IMG/VR virus record: IMGVR_UViG_3300022178_004562
Span: 1 to 57,144 of that record
DNA from: a virus
Taxonomy: Duplodnaviria; Caudoviricetes
Length of the DNA: 57,144 nucleotides
Reading direction: 5' to 3' (one strand)
Below are positions 29,001 through 37,931 of the stretch, piece after piece; positions within the stretch are counted from its first letter, which is position 1, and each line of letters starts with the position of its first letter. The notes below the pieces were generated by a model. The model was not told where the DNA came from and ran no database searches. It saw only the letters and a program-made list of their open reading frames with translations. A program made the position numbers and the translations under genes.

Positions 29001-29876
29001 CTTGACGGCTTGAAGTACAGCAAGATTAGGTAACTCTCCTCCAGGTGATACTATACCCCCCGTAGGTAGAGCATTTGGTGTGATGGCTTGGAATGCTATT
29101 CCTCTATACTCATTTTCAAAAATAGGTCTGCCGTAAAAGGTTCCCGTTCTATCGACTTTCTTGGCATCAGCAGCAGTGGGAGTAGGTTGAAATTGAGTTT
29201 CAAACAATGTATCTTCATAGCGGTATTTTCCTGCGGTATTAAATATAATGTTTCCTAATCCTTGAGCCTTATCCAGAACTCCAAATAAATCATTAGCATT
29301 ATCTACTGCAAAATTTTCTTCCTTTAGAGCACTATAGAATCTATACGATGCTTGAGTTACATTTGGCGTCTCGACTTTAGCCGCTAGACCAGAAATATTC
29401 TTAAAATTACCAAAACCATCCAAACCAAATTTGTTTAGACCATAATCCAATACATTTTCTGTTATAGGCGATCTAAAAACTGATGTGAGTGTTTGTAGCT
29501 TCTCTAAGAATCCATTCTTGAACTCTCCTTGTTGTGGTGTAGAACTAATCGTTAAATCTCCATATCCTAATCCAGTCTTGAGAGTTAGTAATTGAGTTCT
29601 TATAGAATTTGTTGGTTTTGTTGGTATATCTCCCAACCGATCTATCATATTGGTTGGAGGAACTGCGGTATAATTGTCACCAGCCTTTAAGGCTAACTGG
29701 GAGTCTTCAGAGTTGTTCATCTTTAAGGTAAAGCCTAATATAGGTGATGAAATAAAATCCACTGGAACGGTTGGTCTGTTTACTTGAGGTGTATCTCTAA
29801 ATTTAGACTTATTGTACGTAGCCCTGTCAGGTACCGTAATATTACTAAATGCACTCTTTAGATTTTCTAAACCCAT
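26091..29876 (-). CDS. Baseplate/tube-initiator protein with long Gly-rich N-terminal region
   Basis: C-terminal FRAY-like LRAYL..ITDDYSPNW....YLGRSEPVYIY...RNLNF..PPLVRMRLGELY; follows the tape measure. Confidence 0.6.
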   Translation of the reverse strand: MGLENLKSAFSNITVPDRATYNKSKFRDTPQVNRPTVPVDFISSPILGFTLKMNNSEDSQLALKAGDNYTAVPPTNMIDRLGDIPTKPTNSIRTQLLTLKTGLGYGDLTISSTPQQGEFKNGFLEKLQTLTSVFRSPITENVLDYGLNKFGLDGFGNFKNISGLAAKVETPNVTQASYRFYSALKEENFAVDNANDLFGVLDKAQGLGNIIFNTAGKYRYEDTLFETQFQPTPTAADAKKVDRTGTFYGRPIFENEYRGIAFQAITPNALPTGGIVSPGGELPNLAVLQAVKTDMSYQDSVLDTYHENITLNLPGGFNFRVPTAGSLKRKKGSFVPGDISISGGGAGGPSTLNIDLNNPFSVGPGSYDFSNTRSFLAPYTGVLGTQIKNIQTKLSRIEFRDSVNFLDGSLDGLGPVFTSIGDRFRSAGQTGAAIGGSIFNTSGDVLSAISSGAVDIGTRSFRATSAGLAFTRDKSRSFGIGAGDKVGDVLSYLSQTWQSRPVVDWRLDPSNRNFLSGIGSAGRSTAAFIGSAGITAGRGAIKIGSAFLNPLAQGLRSSFQGTGGSAIFQGSVMDDLKSVGDFVAKGWNRLGQIDLPDLPGFGGIQRSEPIDLTALKNSLKAIAMKSGQILSSVGGAVGGALGPVGAGLGSIGSGVSRGLGALGRGAAGLTSSAGRFASPLASGAFNTAKAGFDIGKDVVGFTGKLGKAIYLDAKALPDLNLGSPITVNGNLGGLPFLPRIGALLPSVGIPSYPYAAARPKTLTELLRDKAGIPSPLGPPLRPGQEVEDRLVGMLGVRNISNSEGFLVYAENNTFQQNYGRLEAGTVYSQLAKMPVSGLNQLGQPEYGYGPARLKYGRPPYDIDPEDGRNGMQFVRYGGNGSNIVDQASLSQMRASGVISYVDQTAQNVAQLDQLHIENAASPGSTDIQSKTLSYIYFDALSNGAISQPVLMSSTFSQASRFQLAYDARSILLKGDTALGKPTLADLPSRPGDEMYASRFRTATDDDSQIGQWVTNTYYPGNIQPGVDQHTLEPITENKNSLVESPQHGMPFYFKDLRDNKFVVLRAYLVGGITDDYSPNWNTEEYLGRSEPVYIYQNTVRNLNFTLRCFALSAGELDRMYGKLEKLSGMAYPEYREDGDLFGKVRMRPPLVRMRLGELYGTSKTVGTLGFFNSLNVSFPENTVWEHREGARVPKYFDISMNYTVISEGVPEMDSKRYGISTGTDLSYKQEKYGQLSKALEQIPNIDLDTINTVAGNIGNLV

Positions 29877-29877
29877 G

Positions 29878-31866
29878 TTATTCCCTCACCCTGATAGCTG
29901 TGTTGTATAGGGTACCACCTGGACCCATTGCTGAATTGATAGTGCTACCCATACTTTCCATGCTAGTTTTTACTGCTTGGTTAGAAGTTTTTGTCTCCGT
30001 AGTTAATGTTTTGAGTCCCTCAGCTATACTCGTAAGTGCTGCTAGAGTTTCTGCACTGGAGTTCCCACCAGACAGATCAGTTCCAAATAGTATAGAATCC
30101 CGATCGTTCAGTTGGACGGTACCGGTTGGACTTGAAATAAATGTTCCATCCTCTAATAAGGCTCCATCATTTGCTTTGGTGATTGTTCGATTTTCAGATA
30201 TAGGTGTCACTCCCGATACGCTAGCCAGCTTAGATACTATAGACTCCACGTTTAGTGCTACTTGCTCAACCCTTTTGAATAATTCATCTCCCGAACCATC
30301 AAAGAATCCTCTCAGCTTCTCTCCTAATTTATTAAACGCTTCTGTTATTTGATTTATTGTTTGTTTCTTTCCCAAAAATGCATTCAAGTCATCTAAGAAA
30401 TCTTTTACGGGTAGTGATAAATTTTTAGTAATGTTAGCCTTGATTGCATTGAAGCTACCCGTGAGTTTAGTTAGGGCTGTTATACCATCTTTACCCAGTA
30501 GATCGTTGAAACTTTTAATCTCATTGTTATTAAGTTTCAATCCCTTTTGGACCCTGGATATTTGGTCTGCAGTTAATCCGGTTGCAGTTGTTAATAATTC
30601 TTGTTTGTTGAGTGACATTTCTTGAATATTTGTTGTATTCTTTAACTGCTTGAATAACTCGGTCTGCAAGCCATTAAAATCTTTTGCATTACCCAAACGA
30701 GCTAGCTCGAATAGATTTATTTGTTTTCCAAACAAGAACTGAAGGTCTTGATTAGCAACAATTGTTCCTTCGATATCCAGGAGACCTTTTGCAAAAGTTG
30801 CTGTTTGTTCAATACCTAATCCAAACTGTCGAGCCTGAGCTGCTGCTTTCACCAAATTATCTAATGAGTCTGCAGTAAATCTAGCCACTAGTTCTGTATT
30901 CCCTGCTAAATCCTTTAATACTCGAGGAGCATTTGTTCCCGCAATAGCTGCTGTCTCGAAAGCTCCTTGAGCTAGATTCTTAGCTACTTCTTCAGTTACT
31001 CCCTGAGAAGTCATAAATGTAGCTACAAGTGCTCCGGCCTCATCTACAGATAGACCTAGTTGTCTCGAGAGAGGAAGTATAGTTTTTGTTAAGTCGTCAG
31101 CCTGTTCAAACGATATACCAAAGTTATCTGCGAGTTGAGCCGTTGACAGCACAACATCCTCCATAGCAAAACCAAACTGAATGGCTGTGTTTTCTGCTGC
31201 AAAGAGTCCATCTACTATTCGTCTATCTTCACCCAGAGCCCCAAACTGACCGGTTATTGCACTCATCCTATCAAAGAAATCAGTTGCAAAATCTTTTATG
31301 ATACCAAACCCCGTCTTCAGTAAATTCAAAGGATTAATAAAACTCAACATACTCTTGAGTGCTCCTCCTATACTCTTACCGACATCCTTCATGACACCAA
31401 GGAATCTGTCTGCTACCGAGACCCTTTGCTGTTCCAGATCAAACGCTGCAAATGCATTTTCTAATGCTTCACTAGTCTTACCGGTCCTTGCTACTTCTTG
31501 ATCATATTGCTTCTTTAGACTATTGACCTTCATTCCAGCAAAGATGCTATCCTTTTGTGTAATCTTAAACAGTTTTTCACCTATCTTAGATGCAGAGAAC
31601 TGCATGTCGAGATGACCCTTTTGGACCTTACCATACTTAGCTTGGTTTGAAACAGCTTGTTCAGTAATATTATTTATATCCTGAATGAAGCCTACTGTTT
31701 GTTTGAATTGAGTGTTTAGTTGATCCGGTAACTTTGCCATATCGGATAGAGCATCTGAAAGTTGCTTAGCTGCTCCTGCTGTCTTGTTGAGCTGTCTTTC
31801 TAGCTTATTTACTTCAGCAGTTGTTTTTGATATTTGTTCCGGTGATAGATTTTTTTCATTAGCCAT
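29878..31866 (-). CDS. Tail tape measure protein
   Basis: 662-aa helical, Ala/Leu/Gln-rich protein after the tube and chaperone genes. Confidence 0.7.
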   Translation of the reverse strand: MANEKNLSPEQISKTTAEVNKLERQLNKTAGAAKQLSDALSDMAKLPDQLNTQFKQTVGFIQDINNITEQAVSNQAKYGKVQKGHLDMQFSASKIGEKLFKITQKDSIFAGMKVNSLKKQYDQEVARTGKTSEALENAFAAFDLEQQRVSVADRFLGVMKDVGKSIGGALKSMLSFINPLNLLKTGFGIIKDFATDFFDRMSAITGQFGALGEDRRIVDGLFAAENTAIQFGFAMEDVVLSTAQLADNFGISFEQADDLTKTILPLSRQLGLSVDEAGALVATFMTSQGVTEEVAKNLAQGAFETAAIAGTNAPRVLKDLAGNTELVARFTADSLDNLVKAAAQARQFGLGIEQTATFAKGLLDIEGTIVANQDLQFLFGKQINLFELARLGNAKDFNGLQTELFKQLKNTTNIQEMSLNKQELLTTATGLTADQISRVQKGLKLNNNEIKSFNDLLGKDGITALTKLTGSFNAIKANITKNLSLPVKDFLDDLNAFLGKKQTINQITEAFNKLGEKLRGFFDGSGDELFKRVEQVALNVESIVSKLASVSGVTPISENRTITKANDGALLEDGTFISSPTGTVQLNDRDSILFGTDLSGGNSSAETLAALTSIAEGLKTLTTETKTSNQAVKTSMESMGSTINSAMGPGGTLYNTAIRVRE

Positions 31867-31906
31867 AAAGGTTACCCCAGTTATGAATAAATATCTACCA
31901 AGTCAG

Positions 31907-32176
31907 TTATTTACGGGGAAACCGTGACATAGGTGTCACTGTTTTATTTTCCGCTTCTTGATCCTTTATAGCTTGTTTTTGAGAGTCTTTCAGATCAATT
32001 AACTCTTTAGTATAAAAGTTTCTTAGATATATTGGCATATCATACACATCACGAAATGTAAAGCCTTGACCGTGATGTATTAATGCAAATATGTTTTTGT
32101 GAAGGGTGGCTTTATCCTTGGGTTGAAGGCCAAAAAAACTCAACGGTAAGGGGAATGTCAACCCTAACCGTATCAC
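31907..32176 (-). CDS. Tail assembly chaperone C-terminal part (likely frameshift extension of 32112-32861)
   Basis: FFGL...IFALIHHGQGFTFRDVYDMPIYLRNFY; overlaps the upstream ORF at a U7 run in the +1 frame. Confidence 0.6.
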   Translation of the reverse strand: MIRLGLTFPLPLSFFGLQPKDKATLHKNIFALIHHGQGFTFRDVYDMPIYLRNFYTKELIDLKDSQKQAIKDQEAENKTVTPMSRFPRK

Positions 32177-32861
32177 CTCCTAATTCTATGTTTTGCGACA
32201 ATTCAATATCCGGTGTGACTCTTAGGATTTCCTTCCTAAGTTCTAACGAGTCCTTGGATAGCATGTTATGGACAGCCTCAACGATAACTGGTTGTTCAGT
32301 ATTACCGTTGACTGATGTTATAGTATGTCTTAGTCTTGTAGTGACTTCTGCAGACGTTCCTATCTTCTTTGAAGCCTCTATATCTCTATTGATAGCTTTA
32401 TCAATGGCTCCTGTAGTTAGCTTGAACGTAACCTTGTGCTTACTAACTGGTAGTGTAAAATTAAATTGACCCTGAGAGTACTCGGCATCTTCTGGTAAAG
32501 TTGTGAATTTACACTTACTGAGATCAAAAGTATAATCGACCATTTGACCCGTGGATGGATCTTGAATCCGTGCTGTATACTCCGATCCATATGCTAGTAT
32601 TCTAGCTGCTACCATCAAGGCATTCTTATCACCTAATATTAACTCATCCACCTTAATGGACTTGTCTATGATTAAGCTTCCAAGTAGATGATCTATTACT
32701 ACACCCTTTTGGATAAGATTGGTTGACGTGAGGATATCTTCTTCCTTAGCGGTCATGTATTTTAATTCTACTTTACCTGAAGCGAGAGCGCTATCTTTGG
32801 GATATACGTCTCCATTGCTAGGGATATCTACTATCTCTGTAGGGAATGGTTGTTCTGCCAT
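32112..32861 (-). CDS. Baseplate hub assembly/tail chaperone protein (gp26/gp51-like)
   Basis: VDIPSNG..YP, KYMTAKEEDIL, GDKNALMVAARILAYG, terminal EFFWP; AAGGAGG SD. Confidence 0.75.
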   Translation of the reverse strand: MAEQPFPTEIVDIPSNGDVYPKDSALASGKVELKYMTAKEEDILTSTNLIQKGVVIDHLLGSLIIDKSIKVDELILGDKNALMVAARILAYGSEYTARIQDPSTGQMVDYTFDLSKCKFTTLPEDAEYSQGQFNFTLPVSKHKVTFKLTTGAIDKAINRDIEASKKIGTSAEVTTRLRHTITSVNGNTEQPVIVEAVHNMLSKDSLELRKEILRVTPDIELSQNIELGGDTVRVDIPLTVEFFWPSTQG

Positions 32862-32872
32862 AGTGGTCCTCC

Positions 32873-33361
32873 TTAGACCTGTACGGCTCTACGATACCAC
32901 CCGTACCAAAACCTTTCTTGTTCTGGTCGATTGAAGACAATCTTGGCGAATCGTAAAACTCTGTAACTTCGTATCCTTTCTGCGGATACCTTTTCGGATG
33001 CTGATATGGTCATTGGACCTATTTGTCCATCAACCTTCAGTTTATTTTCTTTGCGCTTAGCATTACAAGCCTGCTGTAACACTTTGACTGCACCAGACTT
33101 ACCAAAATTCACACACATATCAAAGTATATCTGACGTATCTGTGGAGGTAGGTCTTGTGCTTTACTGGGCTTCCAGTAGTCTTCGAAGTAGATATTCTTT
33201 GCTTCATCTCTCGTGAGATTCTTTATATCTACATTTGGATAGAACCTCTTGGCAATCCCAAAGTTGGTCTCACCTCCTAAATCAGAGGGATCGTCAACGT
33301 ACCCACCTTCATGGTTTAGTACGTGTTCTATTATATCATTAAAATTTGTGGCTTTATCCAC
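32873..33361 (-). CDS. Glycoside hydrolase family 108 lysozyme (endolysin)
   Basis: HEGGYVDDPSDLGGETNFGI, FDMCVNFG, VDGQIGPMT. Confidence 0.9.
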   Translation of the reverse strand: MDKATNFNDIIEHVLNHEGGYVDDPSDLGGETNFGIAKRFYPNVDIKNLTRDEAKNIYFEDYWKPSKAQDLPPQIRQIYFDMCVNFGKSGAVKVLQQACNAKRKENKLKVDGQIGPMTISASEKVSAERIRSYRVLRFAKIVFNRPEQERFWYGWYRRAVQV

Positions 33362-33374
33362 TATTTAAATACCT

Positions 33375-33863
33375 TTAGAATTGTAATATTGCGTAATCGT
33401 ATCTAAGAGTCAATGTTATGTCTATTGGAGCAGATGAACCAAAATCCATTTCACCAAAATTAGCTTGTTGAATATAAGCACCCTTGAGTGTCCACTCTTC
33501 AACCTTATCACCTACCGGTCCTAATACATTAAACGTAATATCTTTTTTGTAAAAATCAGCATAACCATCACGACCAGTTACGGACTCATGAGATAATCTA
33601 ATCCATTCCATTGTAGCTTGAGCTGCTGAAGGTACTATTGGATCATACATTGTTATCTGTAGTGTTTCCCACGCACCCTTACCCTTGACGTATTGTGTGA
33701 CGTTCATGTGAGGTAGTGGAACATCTTCAAATGTAATTTGAGGACGTGCTGCTTGTCTTATCATATATGCTGGAATGCCGTCGATGATCATGATGAACCT
33801 ATTTTGTAATTTAGGTTCAAATGGTGTGAACATTATCTCGTTGGCTGAAACTAGCTCTGGCAT
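33375..33863 (-). CDS. Tail tube protein (gp19-like)
   Basis: FEPKLQNRF, YDPIVPS, KVEEWTLKGA, LTLRYD; follows the sheath gene. Confidence 0.9.
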   Translation of the reverse strand: MPELVSANEIMFTPFEPKLQNRFIMIIDGIPAYMIRQAARPQITFEDVPLPHMNVTQYVKGKGAWETLQITMYDPIVPSAAQATMEWIRLSHESVTGRDGYADFYKKDITFNVLGPVGDKVEEWTLKGAYIQQANFGEMDFGSSAPIDITLTLRYDYAILQF

Positions 33864-33890
33864 GTTTTTCTCCTAAGGATTCTTTTCACC

Positions 33891-33900
33891 TATAAATATC
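33891..33900 (-). promoter_or_regulatory. Putative late promoter motif GATATTTATA
   Basis: One of about 10 TA(C/T)(T/A)TATA motifs upstream of structural genes. Confidence 0.55.
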
Positions 33901-33931
33901 GTTTAGTTTGAAAAAATCCTCGTATCAGTTA

Positions 33932-35842
33932 CTATTCTGGAAAAGTAGCCCCTGTAGGCTGTACTGTAAAGTCCAAAATAATAAATTCTGCTGTTCGTGT
34001 TGGTTGTAAAAATATCTGTCCATACAAAATATTTCTGTCTATGACATCTGGAGTGTTGTTGGATTCATCCATTACCACTCTAAAGGCTGATAGACCTGAA
34101 TTAGATTGTACCTGTTCCATAAAAGGATTCACAATGTTGAGGAATCTACTTCTAGTAGCTGAAGTATTCTGTTCAAATAGTAAGAATCTAGAAGTACTTG
34201 CTATGAATTTCTTCACTCTAATGAGAAGTCTTCTTACATTGATACGATCTAATGCTGAAGCTTTCTTCTGTAATGTTTTCTGTCCAAATACTGTTACTCC
34301 CTGTCCTGGGAATGTTGCTATTGGATTCACGTTACTATCATAGAGTGTATCTCTAACGCTGTGTGTTAATTTTCTTTCTGCTTGTATCGCAACATCAATA
34401 CCACCTCTATTTAGACCTGCTGGTGCAAACCATGGGTGAGCTACTCTATCATTGAAAGCGTATACTCCACCCATCACTACTGATGGTGGTACGAATACAT
34501 TTGTTCCCAATGTAGGTTCTGCTATTTGAATCCAAGGCCAGTACATTGCTGCATAGCTAGAGTCTCTAGTCTCCGCTTCCGTAGTTACAGTTCCCACTGC
34601 ACTATCAAAGAATACTGGATCTGCTACTACAAAACAATCACCTCTATTTTCTGCCATGTCAATGGCCTTAGTGAGAAGTTTTGATCCACCAGTTCCTGCA
34701 TCAATGACTCCAGGCAGTAATACAAGATTAATGTCATACTCATCTTGATTACCTAGTAGATTGATTGCATCTTCATATGCGGTCTGACCTTCTGCTGCAG
34801 AGTTTAAATTGAAACCCTGTGAATTTGAATCAGATATCTTTTCGTAAAATGCATATCCACCTGCTGGGTCAACAGTTCCTGCAGTATCACCTAAAGCGTT
34901 GAAACCTGCTGCTCCTGAAGAACCTCCAAAGAATGATCCACTCGATAGAATAGGTATGGACCCTGAATTGGTCAACCTTATGTTACCATTGTCATCAAGA
35001 TAGTTTGGAGTCTGCTTGAGAACTTCGACCCTAACGTACTTTGATTTATTTGGATAAGAACCACTAGCTTGAATGTATGGATCGGTTGTTCCACTACCCT
35101 TGAGTGTAAAACTTTGATCTCCAACTACTTTAGCTATGTAGTTTGATTGGAATGGATCTAAACTGACGTTTGTAAATGACTCCAACGCTGACTTGCGTTT
35201 CTCTGAATCATTACCAGCTCTGATTGCTATACTAAAGGTACCTTTCTTTGGGTTCCTTGCTGTTACTTCATATCTTAAATTGTCTTTTGAACCACTGACT
35301 AATACTTTGTTCGTACTCAGAACTCCACCAACTGAGCCTGATAAATGGTGGGGCTCGGCTCCGTTGAAGCGTACGATATTATTATTTTGCTCTGCTCCAT
35401 GAGCCAGCGTATGTAGTATAATGGATGAAGATGCTTCCAGAAATGGTTCTATCTGTCCATCCGCGGCCGCTCCTGTTGCTCCGTTACCGTCGGTGTTGGC
35501 CATGTTTGGATGTTGATAATCTTCGTTAGGTACTAGAGATTTAGCAGTAGTGACTCCACCAGCTAACACTCTCACAACCGTAAGGGCAGTACCGTTCTTT
35601 AAATATTCTCTTGCAGTCAGAGATGTCAAATACGTCAATGGATCGCTTCCACTTATAAAGGAATCTCCAAAACGTTGTACATATTCACTGTAAGACCCAA
35701 CGACTGTTGGGATGTTGGCCACACCTTTTACTGTGGGACCTATAAGGGCTGCACCAATGTCTCCAACGGCTGATGGTAAAAACGACTGATCAATCTCGTT
35801 GGTAAAAACACCGGGACTTACTACTTTTTCACTTGAGGGCAT
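33932..35842 (-). CDS. Tail sheath protein (gp18-like)
   Basis: SPGVFTNEID, YAAMYWPW, WFAPAGLNRG, VNPIATFPG, FGQKTL, RINVRRL. Confidence 0.95.
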   Translation of the reverse strand: MPSSEKVVSPGVFTNEIDQSFLPSAVGDIGAALIGPTVKGVANIPTVVGSYSEYVQRFGDSFISGSDPLTYLTSLTAREYLKNGTALTVVRVLAGGVTTAKSLVPNEDYQHPNMANTDGNGATGAAADGQIEPFLEASSSIILHTLAHGAEQNNNIVRFNGAEPHHLSGSVGGVLSTNKVLVSGSKDNLRYEVTARNPKKGTFSIAIRAGNDSEKRKSALESFTNVSLDPFQSNYIAKVVGDQSFTLKGSGTTDPYIQASGSYPNKSKYVRVEVLKQTPNYLDDNGNIRLTNSGSIPILSSGSFFGGSSGAAGFNALGDTAGTVDPAGGYAFYEKISDSNSQGFNLNSAAEGQTAYEDAINLLGNQDEYDINLVLLPGVIDAGTGGSKLLTKAIDMAENRGDCFVVADPVFFDSAVGTVTTEAETRDSSYAAMYWPWIQIAEPTLGTNVFVPPSVVMGGVYAFNDRVAHPWFAPAGLNRGGIDVAIQAERKLTHSVRDTLYDSNVNPIATFPGQGVTVFGQKTLQKKASALDRINVRRLLIRVKKFIASTSRFLLFEQNTSATRSRFLNIVNPFMEQVQSNSGLSAFRVVMDESNNTPDVIDRNILYGQIFLQPTRTAEFIILDFTVQPTGATFPE

Positions 35843-35890
35843 TTAACTTCTCCATAGAATTCTTTGGGTATAAGGGTATAGTGATATCAA

Positions 35891-35900
35891 ATATAAGTAG
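35891..35900 (-). promoter_or_regulatory. Putative late promoter motif CTACTTATAT
   Basis: Identical 10-mer also at 50170-50179. Confidence 0.55.
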
Positions 35901-35930
35901 GACTACTGGTATATAAACAGACAGTTTAAT

Positions 35931-36218
35931 TTAACCGTCTTGACTTTTGTTCTGAGTGAAGATACCCGTTTCAGGGTTCAATACACCATCACCATACTTA
36001 TCATTTATTTCTTTAATAAAATTTTGCTCAGCTTCGCGAACATTCTTGAGTTTTTTGTTTAACTCCTGTCGAGTGTCCAATAGTGTATCTAGCTGTTCAT
36101 TTAATTGCATTTCCGCCACATGAACCTGACCATAACCCAACTGTACTGATAGATATTCATCTTGTAAAGATTTGACTCTCTCTAGCTCTTGTTTTGAAAA
36201 TTTTACTTCCTGTGACAT
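35931..36218 (-). CDS. Small coiled-coil hypothetical protein
   Basis: 95 aa, GAGGT SD, C-terminal KYGDGVLNPETGIF. Confidence 0.7.
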   Translation of the reverse strand: MSQEVKFSKQELERVKSLQDEYLSVQLGYGQVHVAEMQLNEQLDTLLDTRQELNKKLKNVREAEQNFIKEINDKYGDGVLNPETGIFTQNKSQDG

Positions 36219-36270
36219 TTAAAACCTCTTGGTTATTTCATATATATATAGGTATGAATTACCAAACCAT

Positions 36271-37128
36271 CTATTTGACTTGATAATCCGTAGCATCTCC
36301 CTCAAATCCAAACACAACTTTTCTCTGAGAGAATTCCTTTGATGCTTCTGCGGTTGTACCCAAGACGTTTGAAGTGAACTCTGGTATCACGTATGCTTTT
36401 ACAGCCATACTAAATTCATTCTTGATGATACGTTCACCATTAGCTGTCATCTCGGTAGCATCTGTAATACCACCTTCCAAGCTAGATAAAAATTTATATT
36501 GTTCAGAGTCTCCAAAGTAAGTTTCTAAATGTTCTAGAAATACTTCCGTGACTACATTCATTTGCTCCATAAATGCTGTCATTATAACTATACTATAATT
36601 ACATACAACAAAATCCGGCATGCCTGTTACTATAGTCTGTGTGATGGGAGCTGCTCCGGTTTGAATGGAAAACCTATCGTATCTGTTCTTTTTAGACCAT
36701 TTGGATGACCTCTCTACCTTAATGAATTCACCCTTGATGTCATGATCAAAAGATAGTGGCATGTCTGGATTAAATGATACATCAGTCCTTCTCAACACCA
36801 TCACGGGTAAAATTAAAGAATTATTTCTATCTCTCAAGACTCCATTACTTCTGAGAGATTTCCATCTTTCTTCATTACCATACAGTACCGGTACCTTTAC
36901 ATATTCTCCAGAATCTAACACTCTGGGTTTCATTATGTTTTTTACATGACTTATCACGCTAGTGTCTATATCTTTAAGAGTAACACTATGGCCCTTACCA
37001 AAATTATTTCCAGGATTGACTGACTTTCTTTCATTACCAGTAGCATTTGTCTTGAATGACTTTTGACTGGCTCTATTTATAGTCTGTCTGTTGGTAGATT
37101 GTTTGTTAGTTATTGGTTTAATTGCCAC
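36271..37128 (-). CDS. Tail terminator / sheath stabiliser (gp15-like)
   Basis: KVPVLYGNEERW, LPVMVLRRT, PDFVVCNY; lies between neck and sheath genes. Confidence 0.7.
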   Translation of the reverse strand: MAIKPITNKQSTNRQTINRASQKSFKTNATGNERKSVNPGNNFGKGHSVTLKDIDTSVISHVKNIMKPRVLDSGEYVKVPVLYGNEERWKSLRSNGVLRDRNNSLILPVMVLRRTDVSFNPDMPLSFDHDIKGEFIKVERSSKWSKKNRYDRFSIQTGAAPITQTIVTGMPDFVVCNYSIVIMTAFMEQMNVVTEVFLEHLETYFGDSEQYKFLSSLEGGITDATEMTANGERIIKNEFSMAVKAYVIPEFTSNVLGTTAEASKEFSQRKVVFGFEGDATDYQVK

Positions 37129-37459
37129 TTTTGTTCCTCAACGCTCTGAGTTGCTGAGCCTTTGTCTTAACTGTTCCTATTTGAGTTTCAGACTTCACTG
37201 CATCTTTATCCAACTTTCCTATAGATATTGCTCTCTTGATATCAACTTCTACTGGTAGGTTCTGTTGGGATTGTATTGATTGGTTACCCACAGACAATTT
37301 ACCAGCTATCATGTTGGCTAATTCAGACACATCTATATTATCTCTTGGAGGTTGTTCTCCATAAATATTTTCTACTGGCTCGTCTACAATTGGTCGTGAA
37401 ACAGTTTTAGTTTTTCTATTACTGATTATTAATCTACTACTCAAAGGTAAAACTGCCAT
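37118..37459 (-). CDS. Hypothetical protein
   Basis: Start placed at MAVLPL (37459); C-terminus KAQQLRALRNK. Confidence 0.6.
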   Translation of the reverse strand: MAVLPLSSRLIISNRKTKTVSRPIVDEPVENIYGEQPPRDNIDVSELANMIAGKLSVGNQSIQSQQNLPVEVDIKRAISIGKLDKDAVKSETQIGTVKTKAQQLRALRNKSGN

Positions 37460-37460
37460 G

Positions 37461-37928
37461 CTATCTTGGTCTCTCTTCAATCTGTAAATTAGAAAGTCTT
37501 GAACGGTTAGCTATTACTTTTATCATATGCTTGAAAGCTTGATGACCTCCTATCAATTGAGGTTCTGTTACTGAGTTGATCTCCCAATAAAAATCATTCC
37601 AATCACACACATCTCCAACTTCAGGTGCAAAACCTGCCTCTGCTAGTGTGTTTCTATGGAAGTACAATTCCACGTTTGTGTCCAAATCAGGTCCCGCTTC
37701 CAGTTGTTGGAATACTGGCTCCTCCCAGGATATTAAACAGTTCACTCTGAATCCCGTTTGATAGTATTTAGTTCCAGCTTCACCGTATATGTTAGCTTTT
37801 GTATCATCCAAAGAAATCTTGTATATATCAACATACTGACCAAGTATATCATCAATGAGTTCTTCGTTGAGGGCATCAAATAGTTCAACTTCTTTTTGAG
37901 GTATAAAAAATGGAGAAAATGCTGCCAT
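37461..37928 (-). CDS. Neck/head-closure protein (gp14-like)
   Basis: NIYGEA, PEVGD, YWEINSV; follows the gp13-like gene. Confidence 0.75.
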   Translation of the reverse strand: MAAFSPFFIPQKEVELFDALNEELIDDILGQYVDIYKISLDDTKANIYGEAGTKYYQTGFRVNCLISWEEPVFQQLEAGPDLDTNVELYFHRNTLAEAGFAPEVGDVCDWNDFYWEINSVTEPQLIGGHQAFKHMIKVIANRSRLSNLQIEERPR

Positions 37929-37931
37929 GAT

